Assembly: GCA_945786985.1 (NCBI GenBank)
Contig: CALZGC010000003.1
Span: forward strand, 1-58,611
Length of the DNA: 58,611 bases
DNA from: an uncultured Nitrospirota bacterium
GTDB taxonomy: Bacteria > CG2-30-53-67
Direction of reading: 5' to 3'
In this document: piece by piece, positions 1-9,528 of the stretch
Numbering within the stretch: position 1 is the stretch's first letter
Layout of the letters: each line of letters starts with the position of its first letter
Translations under genes and position numbers: made by a program
Notes under the pieces: generated by a model
What the model saw: only the letters and a program-made list of their open reading frames with translations
Told to the model about the DNA's origin: nothing
Database searches by the model: none

Positions 1-151
1 CTTCCGCGGAGGCTGTGTTGAGGTCAACCTTCTCGGCTTTGAGCTTTGCCGCCACCTGGGTATCCCCCGCATGAGCGGGCAGCGCCGCAAAGCAGAAGAC
101 CAGGACGAGAGAAATGATGAGGGTCGTCTTGCTTGTATGGAATCGCTTCAT
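1..151 (-). CDS. Partial CDS (first 50 codons; the gene continues past the window start): exported ComEA-like helix-hairpin-helix protein
   Basis: My translation from the ATG (complement of 149-151) gives MKRFHTSKTTLIISLVLVFCFAALPAHAGDTQVAAKLKAEKVDLNTASAE. This is a signal peptide followed by the V(D/N)LNTAS motif typical of ComEA-type HhH domains. GGAGG (complement of 160-164) lies 8 nt upstream. Confidence 0.5.
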   Translation of the reverse strand, partial: MKRFHTSKTTLIISLVLVFCFAALPAHAGDTQVAAKLKAEKVDLNTASAE

Positions 152-404
152 GAGTAGTGCCTCCTTGTTTTCAATGGTGATTAATGATAGGAAGATTGAA
201 ACCGCACAGAAAAAAGACAGATCACCTCCTTTGCTCAGAATTTTTCCAGCCGATTAATTCAGGCAATCTAGAGGCGTTAGTGGCGCAGATTCTAGCGGAT
301 TTCTGCTTTAGAAGATAAGAGATAGGAAAAAAACGGGGGCAGCTTATCACCGGGCGCGGGGCAAGTCAAGAATTTTGATCGCTTGACGGGCCGAAAATAT
401 TACA

Positions 405-433
405 TTGACGAAAAGCGGTGAATCTGGTACATT
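405..433 (+). promoter_or_regulatory. Candidate sigma70-type promoter for the S8 protease gene
   Basis: TTGACG (405-410), 17-nt spacer, TACATT (428-433), about 80 nt upstream of the ATG at 511 in an AT-rich intergenic region. Pattern match only. Confidence 0.35.
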
Positions 434-510
434 TTGAGGCGCATAATCGAAAAACCAGGCCAAATATACGCTGTCGTTGGCGCCATCCTCTCGATATAGG
501 AGATAGGAGC

Positions 511-2760
511 ATGAAAATAAGACTGGTTGCTCTTCTAATGCTGCCTCTTTTCATCTTTTCTCCCTGGATACCACAGGCTGCAGCGCAGCACGATTATGTG
601 GAAGGGGAAATTCTCATCCGCTTCAAGGCGGGGGTTTCCGAGTCGGTCGTGGCCCGCTCGCTGAGCGCAAAGGGTGCGGCACGCCTGGGAGGCCTGGAAA
701 GGCTGAACATCCAACACGTCCGGCTTCCTGCCGGGCAGTCCGTCAAAGACGCCCTGGCAGAATACCGACGGGATCCCCATGTCCTGTACGCAGAGCCAAA
801 CTACCGGGTTCGTCCACTGGTCGTTCCGAACGACCCCTTCTTTGCCGAGCAGTGGGGACTGAGCAACACGGGCCAGACCGTGGGCCCCTCCGGCAGCACC
901 TCATCGGGAACCGCCGGGGCCGACATTCTGGCCACCCTGGCCTGGAACGACCAAACGGGCTCTTCTGGCACGATCATCGCAGTGCTCGACAGCGGTATGG
1001 ATCTGGACCATCCGGATCTTGCTGGCCAGCTCTGGGTGAACAACCCAGAAAACCCGCCGAACGGCATTGCCGGCGTTGACGACGACGGCAACGGTTTCGT
1101 GGACGACTTTCAGGGATGGGATTTCGTGAACAACGACAACAATCCCAACGACGACTCATTGACCAGTCACGGCACGCACGTGAGTGGCATTATCGGCGCC
1201 GACGGGAACAACGGCACGGGCGTCACCGGGGTGAATTGGACCGCTCAGTTGATGGTCGTCAAAGTCCTGGACGCGAACGGCAATGGGGAAATCACCGACC
1301 CTGATACCGGCAAGGCTTCCGACGTCGTTTTCGGCATCGATTATGCCGTCGACAACGGCGCCAAAATCATCAACGCCAGTTGGGGAGTCGACAATTTCAG
1401 TCAGATTCTTTACGACACCATACAAGATGCCGGTGCGCGCGGTGTTCTGGTGGTCGCTGCAGCGGGAAATAATGGCGAAAGCCTCGGCGTCGTATACCCC
1501 GCCCGATTCAATCTAGACAATATTGTCGCCGTCACTGCAACCGGTCTCTCCGACGAGCTGAGTGACTTCGGAACCACCGAGTTGGCGGCCGTCGATGTCG
1601 AAGACGTCGATCTCGGCGCGCCCGGTTATCAGATCTACAGCACCTATATCGCAGGCACGGCGGACCCCAACCTGAACTTGACCACCAATTATTACTGGAA
1701 AGAAGGGACCTCCATGGCCACCGCCTTTGCTTCGGGGGTCGCGGGACTCCTTCTCTCGGAGCAGCCGCTTCTGACTACGGACCAGATCAAAGCACGGATT
1801 CTCAACAGCGTCGATGCCGTCTCCGACACGGATATCACCGAGAATACCGTCAGCGGCGGAAGACTCAATGCCGATCGGGCAATTGAGGACCAGAAAGAGA
1901 TTGACGCGGGGACGGCCGATTTCGACATTCCGGTCATCGTCCCCTTCGGCACGGGACTCAATGTGGGTGAGACCCGGACGTTTTCCCTGAATGGCGACGT
2001 GGCCAGCGTCTGGTCCTCGAGCGATCCCACCGTGGGAACAACCAGCATTACGGGCCCGAACACGGCGCTCTTCACGGCCGTCGGGCCCGGCGTGTGCACG
2101 GTGAGTGCCACCGGGAGCAGCCAGGTTCACACGTCGGCTCCGATTCATGTCGAGGAGGTCATCGTCAGTAGTAACGATTTTGTTCTCAGTCCGACTGAGA
2201 CGAGCACCTTCACCGCTACCGGCGGGACGGCGCCCTACACCTGGACGAGCAGTAACACGAGCGTCGTCGAGGTCAATCGCGAGACGGGCGTGGTCACGGC
2301 CGTGGGCGGCGGTACAGCCACCGTTCAGGCCAGCGATGCGCGGGGTTTCTTCGGCACGTCCCAGGCCATACAGGTCCAGGGAGCGGCTGCGGGATCGGAC
2401 GAGGATGGTGATGACAGCAACAAGAAATGCTTCATCGCCACGGCCGCCTTCGGCTCGCCCCTGGCGCGCCACGTCCGGACCCTGCGGGCCTTCCGGGACC
2501 GGTACCTCCTGACCAACTCGCCGGGCCGGGCCTTCGTGAATTTCTACTATCGGCACAGCCCGCCGCTGGCGAAGCAGATTTCCGAAAGCCCGCTGCTTCG
2601 GGCCGTGGTCCGAACGCTGCTCATGCCTGTGGTGCTGTTCGCCTCTCTGTTGATGAAGACGGGGGCGCCGTGGGAAGCGGTGTTTGCCGCGTGTTTGCTG
2701 GCGGTAGGAGGAGCGATTCTGTTTTATCGAAGGCGTATCGGCAGGTCGCGCACGGCATAA
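511..2760 (+). CDS. Secreted subtilisin-like serine protease (peptidase S8) with an N-terminal propeptide, two Ig-like repeats and a C-terminal CFIATAAFGS box plus hydrophobic anchor
   Basis: ORF 418-2760 trimmed to ATG 511, with AGGAG at 498-502 and a signal peptide MKIRLVALLMLPLFIFSPWIPQAAA. Catalytic motifs occur in subtilisin order: AVLDSGMD (Asp), SHGTHVSG (His), GTSMATAFASG (Ser). Two Big_2-like repeats are present (VGETRTFSLNG...; ETSTFTATGGTAPYTWTSSNTSVVEV...). Confidence 0.9.
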   Translation: MKIRLVALLMLPLFIFSPWIPQAAAQHDYVEGEILIRFKAGVSESVVARSLSAKGAARLGGLERLNIQHVRLPAGQSVKDALAEYRRDPHVLYAEPNYRVRPLVVPNDPFFAEQWGLSNTGQTVGPSGSTSSGTAGADILATLAWNDQTGSSGTIIAVLDSGMDLDHPDLAGQLWVNNPENPPNGIAGVDDDGNGFVDDFQGWDFVNNDNNPNDDSLTSHGTHVSGIIGADGNNGTGVTGVNWTAQLMVVKVLDANGNGEITDPDTGKASDVVFGIDYAVDNGAKIINASWGVDNFSQILYDTIQDAGARGVLVVAAAGNNGESLGVVYPARFNLDNIVAVTATGLSDELSDFGTTELAAVDVEDVDLGAPGYQIYSTYIAGTADPNLNLTTNYYWKEGTSMATAFASGVAGLLLSEQPLLTTDQIKARILNSVDAVSDTDITENTVSGGRLNADRAIEDQKEIDAGTADFDIPVIVPFGTGLNVGETRTFSLNGDVASVWSSSDPTVGTTSITGPNTALFTAVGPGVCTVSATGSSQVHTSAPIHVEEVIVSSNDFVLSPTETSTFTATGGTAPYTWTSSNTSVVEVNRETGVVTAVGGGTATVQASDARGFFGTSQAIQVQGAAAGSDEDGDDSNKKCFIATAAFGSPLARHVRTLRAFRDRYLLTNSPGRAFVNFYYRHSPPLAKQISESPLLRAVVRTLLMPVVLFASLLMKTGAPWEAVFAACLLAVGGAILFYRRRIGRSRTA

Positions 2761-2767
2761 TGGATGA

Positions 2768-4504
2768 TTACGCCGTCGAGAGTCCCTGGCGGCTCTTCTC
2801 ATTGAGGGTGTCCAACACCCGATCGGGCACCTGATCCGGCGGCACCTGGATGAGGGTGCCGCTCTTTCTTTCCTTGATCTCCACCAGATTCTGCTGGAGT
2901 CCCTTGTCGCCGATGACGACGCGCAGCGGAATACCGATGAGATCGGCGTCCTTGAACTTGAAACCCGGGCGCTCGTTGCGGTCGTCCAGCAGGACATCGA
3001 CGCCCTGCGCGGTCAATTCCCCATAGATCTTCTCGGCCAGAGAAACCACTCCTTCCGACTTCACATTGAGCGGTAGCACCAGCACCGAATAAGGCGTAAG
3101 GGGAAGGGGCCAGCAAATGCCATCCTTGTCGTGGTTCTGCTCGATGGCAGCGGCCGCGGTGCGTCCGACGCCGATGCCGTAGCACCCCATCACCATGGGT
3201 TTGCTCTTTCCGTCTTCATCGAGGAAGTTGGCACCGAGGGCTTTGCTGTACTTGGTGCCAAGTTTGAAGATGTGTCCGACCTCGATCCCGCGGCTGATCC
3301 GGAGCGTGCCCGGACACCGCGGGCAGCCGTCGCCATCGGAGGCCACCCGGATATCGGCAAAACGCTCCAGGGTGAAGTCGCGGTTCAGAGTGACATGACA
3401 GAGATGCCGGTCGAAACGGTTCGCGCCGGTCACCGCATCTCGCACCAGGGCAATCCCGTGATCCGCAACGATGGGAATGCCCGTCAATCCCACGGGCCCT
3501 GAAAAACCGGAGGGGCCGCCCGTGACCCGCTCGACGAGCGCGGTGTCGGCCAGCGCGATCTCCTCCCAGCCGAGAAGATGCTTCAGCTTGATCTCGTTGA
3601 GTTCGTGACCGCCCCGCACCAGCGCCGCCGCGGCCGCCCCGCTGCCATTTGAGACGATCAGTGTCTTGATGAGACGATCTTCGGAGACCTTGAGAAACTG
3701 CGCCACCTCTTCGACGCTCTTCTTGCCGGGGGTCTCCACCTCCGCCAGGGCTTCCGGAGCATCTTCGGTATGGACGAGCTCTTCCCGGCGGATCTCGGCC
3801 CGCTCGGTGTTGGCCGCGTACCGGCAGGTGTCGCAGGTCGCCACGGCATCCTCACCGGTGTCCGCCATGACCATGAACTCATGGGAGAAGCTGCCGCCGA
3901 TGGCCCCGGTGTCGGCTTCCACGGCCCGGAACGCCAGCCCGCAGCGCTCGAAGATCCGGCAGTAGGCGTCGTGCATCTTCCGGTAGCTCTCTTCTGCGCC
4001 GGCTTCATTTCGGTCAAAACTGTAGGCATCCTTCATGATGAATTCCCGGCCCCGCATCAACCCGAAGCGGGGGCGGATCTCGTCCCGGAACTTCGTCTGG
4101 ATCTGGTAGAGGTTGAGCGGCAGTTCCCGGTAGGAGCGGACATTCATCCGCACGAGATCGGTGATCACCTCCTCATGGGTGGGGCCGATGCAGAACGGTG
4201 TCTCCTTTCGGTCCTTCAGGCGGAGAAGCTCCTTGCCGTAGTGGTCCCACCGGCCGCTCTCCTGCCAGAGGCTCGCCGGCTGCACCGCCGGCATGAGTAC
4301 TTCCTGAGCGCCCGCGCGGTTCATCTCCTCCCGTATGATCTGCTCCACCTTGCGGATGACTCGATAGCCGAGCGGCAGGTAGGTGTAGATTCCCGCGGCC
4401 AGTTTCCGGATCATGCCGGCTCGCAGCATGAGCTTGTGGCTCACGACTTCGGCTTCCGCCGGATCCTCCTTGAGCGTAGGCAGCAGCAGCTGTGAGTAGC
4501 GCAT
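2768..4504 (-). CDS. proS: Proline--tRNA ligase (bacterial type, with insertion/editing domain)
   Basis: ORF 2768-4585 trimmed to the ATG at 4504, with GGAG about 8 nt upstream. The N-terminus [46 protein letters not shown] is typical of bacterial ProRS. Length is 578 aa. Confidence 0.95.
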   Translation of the reverse strand: MRYSQLLLPTLKEDPAEAEVVSHKLMLRAGMIRKLAAGIYTYLPLGYRVIRKVEQIIREEMNRAGAQEVLMPAVQPASLWQESGRWDHYGKELLRLKDRKETPFCIGPTHEEVITDLVRMNVRSYRELPLNLYQIQTKFRDEIRPRFGLMRGREFIMKDAYSFDRNEAGAEESYRKMHDAYCRIFERCGLAFRAVEADTGAIGGSFSHEFMVMADTGEDAVATCDTCRYAANTERAEIRREELVHTEDAPEALAEVETPGKKSVEEVAQFLKVSEDRLIKTLIVSNGSGAAAAALVRGGHELNEIKLKHLLGWEEIALADTALVERVTGGPSGFSGPVGLTGIPIVADHGIALVRDAVTGANRFDRHLCHVTLNRDFTLERFADIRVASDGDGCPRCPGTLRISRGIEVGHIFKLGTKYSKALGANFLDEDGKSKPMVMGCYGIGVGRTAAAAIEQNHDKDGICWPLPLTPYSVLVLPLNVKSEGVVSLAEKIYGELTAQGVDVLLDDRNERPGFKFKDADLIGIPLRVVIGDKGLQQNLVEIKERKSGTLIQVPPDQVPDRVLDTLNEKSRQGLSTA

Positions 4505-4611
4505 CGATTTCATCTCCGTAGCGGCATCATCCCCGGAGCACCAAAGGCGAGGAACATACCCGCAGACCGGGTGTATACTTAACAAAATCGGCAGGGGAAT
4601 GCAACCAGAAT

Positions 4612-5271
4612 TCAGTTGAACCAGGTGAGTCGGACGGCAATCCGAACCATTTCGAGAAGGCTCAGGGGCCGTGTCTCAATCCGGACGCGGCCGGCCCGTA
4701 CAGCCCGGATCACGGCGAGCGGGTCTTGTTCCCCATCCACCAGGGTCCAGGTCGTATTGAACTGGCTGAGCATATGGGTGTCGGAGGAGCCGATGAGCGG
4801 TATGTCGTGCTCCCGACAGACCCGCACTGCCTTGCGGTTGAAGTTGATGAGGGGATGGTAGTAGTGGGAAAACTCCACCGCGTCGAAGAGACCCCGGTGG
4901 GGCATGAACTTCCCGTTCAGGCAGTTGCGCACCGGATAGAAGGGATGGGGGGCAATGACAAGGAGCCCTTCCTCCCGAGCCGCTCTCAAGTCCTGAAAAT
5001 CCCGTATCTGAAGATGCTCCGGCCGGCAGTTGATCAGGATGACATGCTTGCCCTCGATCTTCATCTCCACACCGGGGAGCAGGAGAATCCCCCGTTCAGT
5101 GGCATAAGCCTGCAACCGATCGCTGAAAGTCAGGACGCCGTGATTCGTGATCGCGAGGACCTGATACCCCTTGGTCGCCGCCAAATCGATAATCTCTTCG
5201 CAGGAGTGCCCCACGCGGTCACAGGGGTCCCCCTCGGTATGGAGATGAAAATCCGCCTTCAGCATCGGCAT
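4612..5271 (-). CDS. PHP-domain metal-dependent phosphoesterase
   Basis: Motifs [15 protein letters not shown] and GSSDTH are present. GAGGAG lies just upstream of the ATG at 5271. Only 6 nt separate it from the stop of the upstream ORF. Confidence 0.85.
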   Translation of the reverse strand: MPMLKADFHLHTEGDPCDRVGHSCEEIIDLAATKGYQVLAITNHGVLTFSDRLQAYATERGILLLPGVEMKIEGKHVILINCRPEHLQIRDFQDLRAAREEGLLVIAPHPFYPVRNCLNGKFMPHRGLFDAVEFSHYYHPLINFNRKAVRVCREHDIPLIGSSDTHMLSQFNTTWTLVDGEQDPLAVIRAVRAGRVRIETRPLSLLEMVRIAVRLTWFN

Positions 5272-5277
5272 AACTCC

Positions 5278-5787
5278 TCAGAGCCCGTCCCCGTCCACCG
5301 TCACGACGCGCTTGCCCACGTGCACGTCCAGGGCCGAGCAGAGAATGACCATTTCCGTGTCCTCCAGCGGCATCTGAACGTCCAGCGTAATCGGCCGGCG
5401 GCCCCCGGCGACCCGGCTCTTGTACAACTCCTTCGCTTCCATCAAGCGTTCCGAGGCCGTCAGCACCTGGAGGTCGTGGATCCTCACCTCGGTGCGCTCC
5501 AGGTGATTCCGGTAGAGGAACTGCACCACATCATGGAAGACCAGCTGCGAGGGAAGATACGGATTGGCCGTCCCCGTGTTGGCCTTCAGCCAGTCCTCAC
5601 AGGCCACATCCACGGTCACCATCTCCCTGTCGACATCAAAGGCGAACCGATCAATCCGGGCCTGATGAAAGGAAAAATCGCTGCGAAGCGTCTCCGCGTC
5701 GATCCGCCCCTGGGAGAGATCCTCCGTCACCTTCGCCAGGTAGGCTTTCACCTGCGCGTTTGAAAAAGACTCATTTATGTCTGCCAT
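5278..5787 (-). CDS. Hypothetical protein (169 aa), no recognisable motif
   Basis: ORF 5278-5883 trimmed to the ATG at 5787 (MADINESFSNAQVKAYL...) so that it no longer overlaps nth. It is co-directional and tightly packed between nth and the PHP gene, and its codon usage resembles its neighbours. Confidence 0.6.
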   Translation of the reverse strand: MADINESFSNAQVKAYLAKVTEDLSQGRIDAETLRSDFSFHQARIDRFAFDVDREMVTVDVACEDWLKANTGTANPYLPSQLVFHDVVQFLYRNHLERTEVRIHDLQVLTASERLMEAKELYKSRVAGGRRPITLDVQMPLEDTEMVILCSALDVHVGKRVVTVDGDGL

Positions 5788-5806
5788 GTCTGCCTTCCGG
5801 GAGCGA

Positions 5807-6508
5807 TTACCTGCCTGCAGGTCGTGAAAAATGTTTCGCGCGCCTTCCGGTCCCGCCACTGGTTGCAACACCCACGCGTTCACAGTACCCGTAGAGCTTG
5901 CAGACGCTGCAGCGGGGTCCGATGGGCCGACAGAGGTTCTGGCCGTAAGTGACCAGCAGGTCGTTGATGATCTTCCAGTGTTTGCGGGGAAGCTTCTCCC
6001 GCAGCGCGAATTCAGTCTTCTCCGGCGTGGGCGTGCTCACATAACCCCACCGGTTGGTAATCCGGTGGACATGGGTATCAACGCAAATCCCATACTTATT
6101 GTACCCGAGGGTGACGACCAGATTCGCAGTCTTTCGCCCGACGCCGGGGAGTCTCAGCAACGCATCAATCTCGGTGGGCACGCGCCCGTCATAATCGCGA
6201 ATCAGTCGCTTCGAGATCTCCCGAATGTTGCGGGCCTTGACCCGGTAAAACCCGACCGGGTAGATGAGCCGCTCCAGGCGCCCCACCGGCAGCGCGGTCA
6301 GTCCCTCGGGGGTGTTGGCCACGGCAAAGAGCCGCTCCGACGCGGCGGCCGTGGTACCGTCCTGGGTTCTGAGCGAGAGCACGCAGGAAATCAGGATCTG
6401 AAATGGATCCCGGGTCTTCTCCGCAACCACCCCGACAATGGGAACCTTCCACTGCCGGATCTCCCTTTTCAGAATTCGTACAACGTCGTCAATGTCCTTA
6501 TCCCGCAT
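5807..6508 (-). CDS. nth: Endonuclease III (HhH-GPD DNA glycosylase/AP lyase)
   Basis: Helix-hairpin-helix LLRLPGVGRKTANLVV is present. The C-terminal 4Fe-4S cluster signature C-x6-C-x2-C-x5-C reads CRPIGPRCSVCKLYGYC. Confidence 0.9.
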   Translation of the reverse strand: MRDKDIDDVVRILKREIRQWKVPIVGVVAEKTRDPFQILISCVLSLRTQDGTTAAASERLFAVANTPEGLTALPVGRLERLIYPVGFYRVKARNIREISKRLIRDYDGRVPTEIDALLRLPGVGRKTANLVVTLGYNKYGICVDTHVHRITNRWGYVSTPTPEKTEFALREKLPRKHWKIINDLLVTYGQNLCRPIGPRCSVCKLYGYCERVGVATSGGTGRRAKHFSRPAGR

Positions 6509-6530
6509 GCAGCCTCACACTCGGTCGTTC

Positions 6531-6558
6531 CCATTTCCCATTTTCTATTTTCTATTTT
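6531..6558. repeat. Four tandem 7-bp units (CCATTTC CCATTTT CTATTTT CTATTTT) spanning the ispG stop codon
   Basis: Read directly from the sequence. The ispG stop (complement of 6545-6547) lies inside the third unit. Confidence 0.6.
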
Positions 6559-7621
6559 CCAGCTTCTCCATCTTCCCGATTTCCTCCATCAGCGCATCGG
6601 CCAGCTCGTCTTCCCGAACTTTGCGGACGATCTCCCCCTTGCAGAAAACCAGCCCCACACCTTTGCCGCCGGCAATACCGAAATCCGCCGCCCGGGCCTC
6701 ACCGGGGCCGTTCACGACACACCCCATCACGGCCACTTCGATCGGTTTGCGCATCCGGGCCAGGCGCTGCTCTACGTCCCGGGCCAGAGCGATGAGGTCG
6801 ATTTCGCACCGCCCGCAGGTCGGGCACGAAACCATCACCGGTCCCGCCTCCCGAAGTCCCAGCGTCTTGAGGATCTCGATGCCGACCCGCACCTCCTGCA
6901 CCGGGTCGTCGGTCAGGGAGACCCGCAGCGTATCTCCGATCCCTTCGGCGAGCAGCAGACCGAGACCAACCGAGGACTTGACCATCCCCGGAAGGAGCGT
7001 GCCTGCCTCGGTCACCCCGATATGAAGGGGATAATCGGTCTTCCGGGAGATCAGCCGGTAGGCGTCAACGGTCCGGCCCACATGGGAAGCCTTGAGGGAA
7101 ATCTTGATGTCATGGAAATCAAGCGCCTCCAGAATCCGCACATGCCCCAGTGCGCTGTCCACCATGGCCTCGGCCGCGGGCCCGCCGTGCTTCTCCCACA
7201 GCTCGGGCTCCAGTGATCCGGCATTGACACCAACCCGAATCGGAATCCGGCGCGCCTGGGCGGCGCGCACGACCGTCTCGACCCGCTCGCGCTTGCCGAT
7301 GTTTCCCGGGTTGATCCGGAGACCGTCAACACCGGCCTCGATGGCGGCCAGAGCCAGCCGGTAGTCAAAATGAATGTCGGCCACCAGCGGGATCCGAATG
7401 GCTTCCTGAATGGCCGCCAGCGCGCCGGCGGCCTCCCGATCGGGGACCGCCACCCGCACAATATCGCATCCCGCCTCCTGCAGCACCATGATCTGCCGGA
7501 TGGTCGCTGCCGCATCCCGGGTGTCGGTGTTGCACATGGACTGCACCGACACCGGCGCGCCGCCGCCCACGGCGAGCGGACCGAGCCGGATCTGTCGCGT
7601 TGGCTTTCGTTCGAGTCTCAT
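6545..7621 (-). CDS. ispG: 4-hydroxy-3-methylbut-2-en-1-yl diphosphate synthase (flavodoxin)
   Basis: ORF 6545-7642 begins with TTG, so I trimmed it to the ATG at 7621 (MRLERKPTRQIRLG...). Typical GcpE motifs are present (VSVQSMCNTDTRD, RINPGNIG), as is the C-terminal Cys cluster (CPTCGRC ... GCVVNGPGE). Confidence 0.93.
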   Translation of the reverse strand: MRLERKPTRQIRLGPLAVGGGAPVSVQSMCNTDTRDAAATIRQIMVLQEAGCDIVRVAVPDREAAGALAAIQEAIRIPLVADIHFDYRLALAAIEAGVDGLRINPGNIGKRERVETVVRAAQARRIPIRVGVNAGSLEPELWEKHGGPAAEAMVDSALGHVRILEALDFHDIKISLKASHVGRTVDAYRLISRKTDYPLHIGVTEAGTLLPGMVKSSVGLGLLLAEGIGDTLRVSLTDDPVQEVRVGIEILKTLGLREAGPVMVSCPTCGRCEIDLIALARDVEQRLARMRKPIEVAVMGCVVNGPGEARAADFGIAGGKGVGLVFCKGEIVRKVREDELADALMEEIGKMEKLENRK

Positions 7622-7654
7622 CGGATTCCCCGCGCGTCTCAACGGGTCCCCGTC

Positions 7655-9280
7655 CTATTCAAAAACCCGCATCAGGTCGTTGTAGAAGGCGAAGACCATC
7701 AGGGAAATCAGCAGAAAAAGCCCGACCTGCTGGGCGATCTCCCGTTTGCGCATACTTAGCGGGCGCCCCATGAGTCCTTCCACCGCAAAGAAGAGGATAT
7801 GACCGCCGTCAAGAATGGGAATGGGCAGAAGATTGAGGATTCCCAGGTTGATGCTGATCAGTGCCATGAACTTGAAGAGTTCGAGTATGCCGTACTGTAT
7901 CTGTTGACCGGCCAGCTGGGCGATCAGGATCGGCCCGCCGATCGTCTCGGCCGGGATCACCTGCTGAATCAACTTGACCAGGCTTACCATGATCAGTTCC
8001 GTAATCTCCCAGGTCATCCCCAGTGCCTTTACCGAGGCTTGAACCGGGTTGTAGCGCACGGAGAGCGTGGGACCCGGCTTCGGATAAAAGGAGCTCTGGA
8101 TCCCGATCCGGCCGATGGAAATCTTGTTCCCCAAGGCATCCTTGGTCTGCGCCGCCTGCGGGGTGACTGTCACACTCAACGTTTCTCCCTGCCTTATCAA
8201 CGTCAGGGCCAAAGGATTTCCCGGGTTCTCCCCGATGACCTCCTGGAGCGTGGAGAAACTGGATATCCGCTCCCCCGCGATGGCTACAATCCGGTCCCCC
8301 TTGGCGATGCCGGCAGCTTCGGCGGCCGAGTCGGACTGCACCTGGTGGACGAAAAGATCGGCGGGCGAGAATCCAAGCCCCTCCAACACGCGATCCCTCT
8401 CTGCCGTTAAGTGCTGTATTTCGGCTGCGTCGAGCAGTACGGTGAGGGAGCGCTCCTTCTCATCCCGCACCACCTCGAATTGCAATGCGGGACCAAGAAT
8501 GCCGGAGACGGCCCGTTCCAGGGAGGGAAAACTATCCACCTCCCGGGCGTTCACCGAAACAATCCGGTCTCCCGTCTGAAATCCGTGGCGGCCTGCCGGT
8601 GACGCAGGATCGGAAACTCCCACCACCGGGGCAAGGGTGTGGTGCTGGATGCCGAGGTGCGGCAGTGTCTCCTTTTCACCGAAAAGGTTCTTCCCATCGG
8701 CCATAAGGGGCTGCACCAACACGGTCCGTTCCGTCGCGTCCTGGAGAATCCGGAGTGACAAGGGCGCGCCTTCACTTTCGCGGATATGGCGGGACAGCTC
8801 TTCCCATAACCGAATGGCATCGCCGTCCACCGCCAGCACCCGATCGCCGGGCCGGATGCCCGCTTCCCACGCGGGCGAGCCCTGCTCGACCAGACCGATG
8901 GTCGTATCCTCCGAGGGGTAGCCGATCATGAACATCCCTGCAAAAACAAGCACGGCAAACAGGATGTTCGATGCAGGACCGGCCGCCACGATCAAAAACC
9001 GCTTGAAAAGAGCCTGGTTGTTGAAAGACCGCTCCCGGTCCTCCGGTGCGAGCGGCTCCTCTGGGTCCTCGCCGACCATTTTGACATAGCCGCCCAAGGG
9101 AACGGCGGAGACCCGGTACTCCGTCTCACCGTACTGCCTGGCAATTAGTTTAGGCCCGAAGCCGAGGGAGAATTTCTCCACACCAACGTTGAAGCGCTTG
9201 GCCACGAGAAAGTGCCCCAGTTCATGGACGAAGATCAAAATGCCGAGAACAACAATGAAGGCAATAATACTGACAAACAT
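7655..9280 (-). CDS. rseP: RIP metalloprotease RseP (site-2 protease, M50) with multiple PDZ domains
   Basis: The HELGH zinc motif lies near the N-terminus (VHELGHFLVAKRF). NLLPIPILDGGH lies near the C-terminus. Several PDZ-like segments occur (GDRVLAVDG, GDRIVSVN, GDRIVAIAG). Confidence 0.9.
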   Translation of the reverse strand: MFVSIIAFIVVLGILIFVHELGHFLVAKRFNVGVEKFSLGFGPKLIARQYGETEYRVSAVPLGGYVKMVGEDPEEPLAPEDRERSFNNQALFKRFLIVAAGPASNILFAVLVFAGMFMIGYPSEDTTIGLVEQGSPAWEAGIRPGDRVLAVDGDAIRLWEELSRHIRESEGAPLSLRILQDATERTVLVQPLMADGKNLFGEKETLPHLGIQHHTLAPVVGVSDPASPAGRHGFQTGDRIVSVNAREVDSFPSLERAVSGILGPALQFEVVRDEKERSLTVLLDAAEIQHLTAERDRVLEGLGFSPADLFVHQVQSDSAAEAAGIAKGDRIVAIAGERISSFSTLQEVIGENPGNPLALTLIRQGETLSVTVTPQAAQTKDALGNKISIGRIGIQSSFYPKPGPTLSVRYNPVQASVKALGMTWEITELIMVSLVKLIQQVIPAETIGGPILIAQLAGQQIQYGILELFKFMALISINLGILNLLPIPILDGGHILFFAVEGLMGRPLSMRKREIAQQVGLFLLISLMVFAFYNDLMRVFE

Positions 9281-9528
9281 AATCGTTTTTTAAACCTCAC
9301 TCAATCCGGAAGGGGGTGCCCTTTGCGGCCTGGCCGGCACCGCAGAGGCTGCCCGATGTTTTTAACACGGTAACATAAACAGAGGGAAATCACAAATTGG
9401 CGCGTCCCCGTAAGTCCGCGCAGGCAGGTGCTTTTCCAAAGGCCCGAACCGGCTGTCAGGACGACCAGGCGCCAGCACACACAACCGCCCCCTCGGCCCG
9501 TTCACCGCGCGTGCAGGGGATTCGGGGT

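Noticed and set aside
1513-2997. 494-aa minus-strand ORF overlapping the S8 protease gene and the proS 3' end
   Set aside because: It is antisense to a gene with clear catalytic motifs. The product is Arg/Pro/Gly-rich and low in complexity, as expected for open antisense frames in GC-rich DNA.
6531-6558. Four tandem 7-bp repeats at the ispG stop as a possible slipped-strand (phase-variation) tract
   Set aside because: There are only four imperfect units, located at the extreme 3' end of an essential gene. A unit change would alter at most the last few residues. This is most likely incidental.
5831-7216. 461-aa plus-strand ORF opposite nth and ispG. Similar long antisense ORFs occur at 15802-16596, 16732-17952, 24607-25737, 26632-27915, 28447-29736, 44517-45587, 51088-52128 and 52590-54050.
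   Set aside because: All lie opposite genes with strong family signatures, have no motifs and have Arg/Pro/His-rich compositions. I treat them as GC-driven spurious ORFs.
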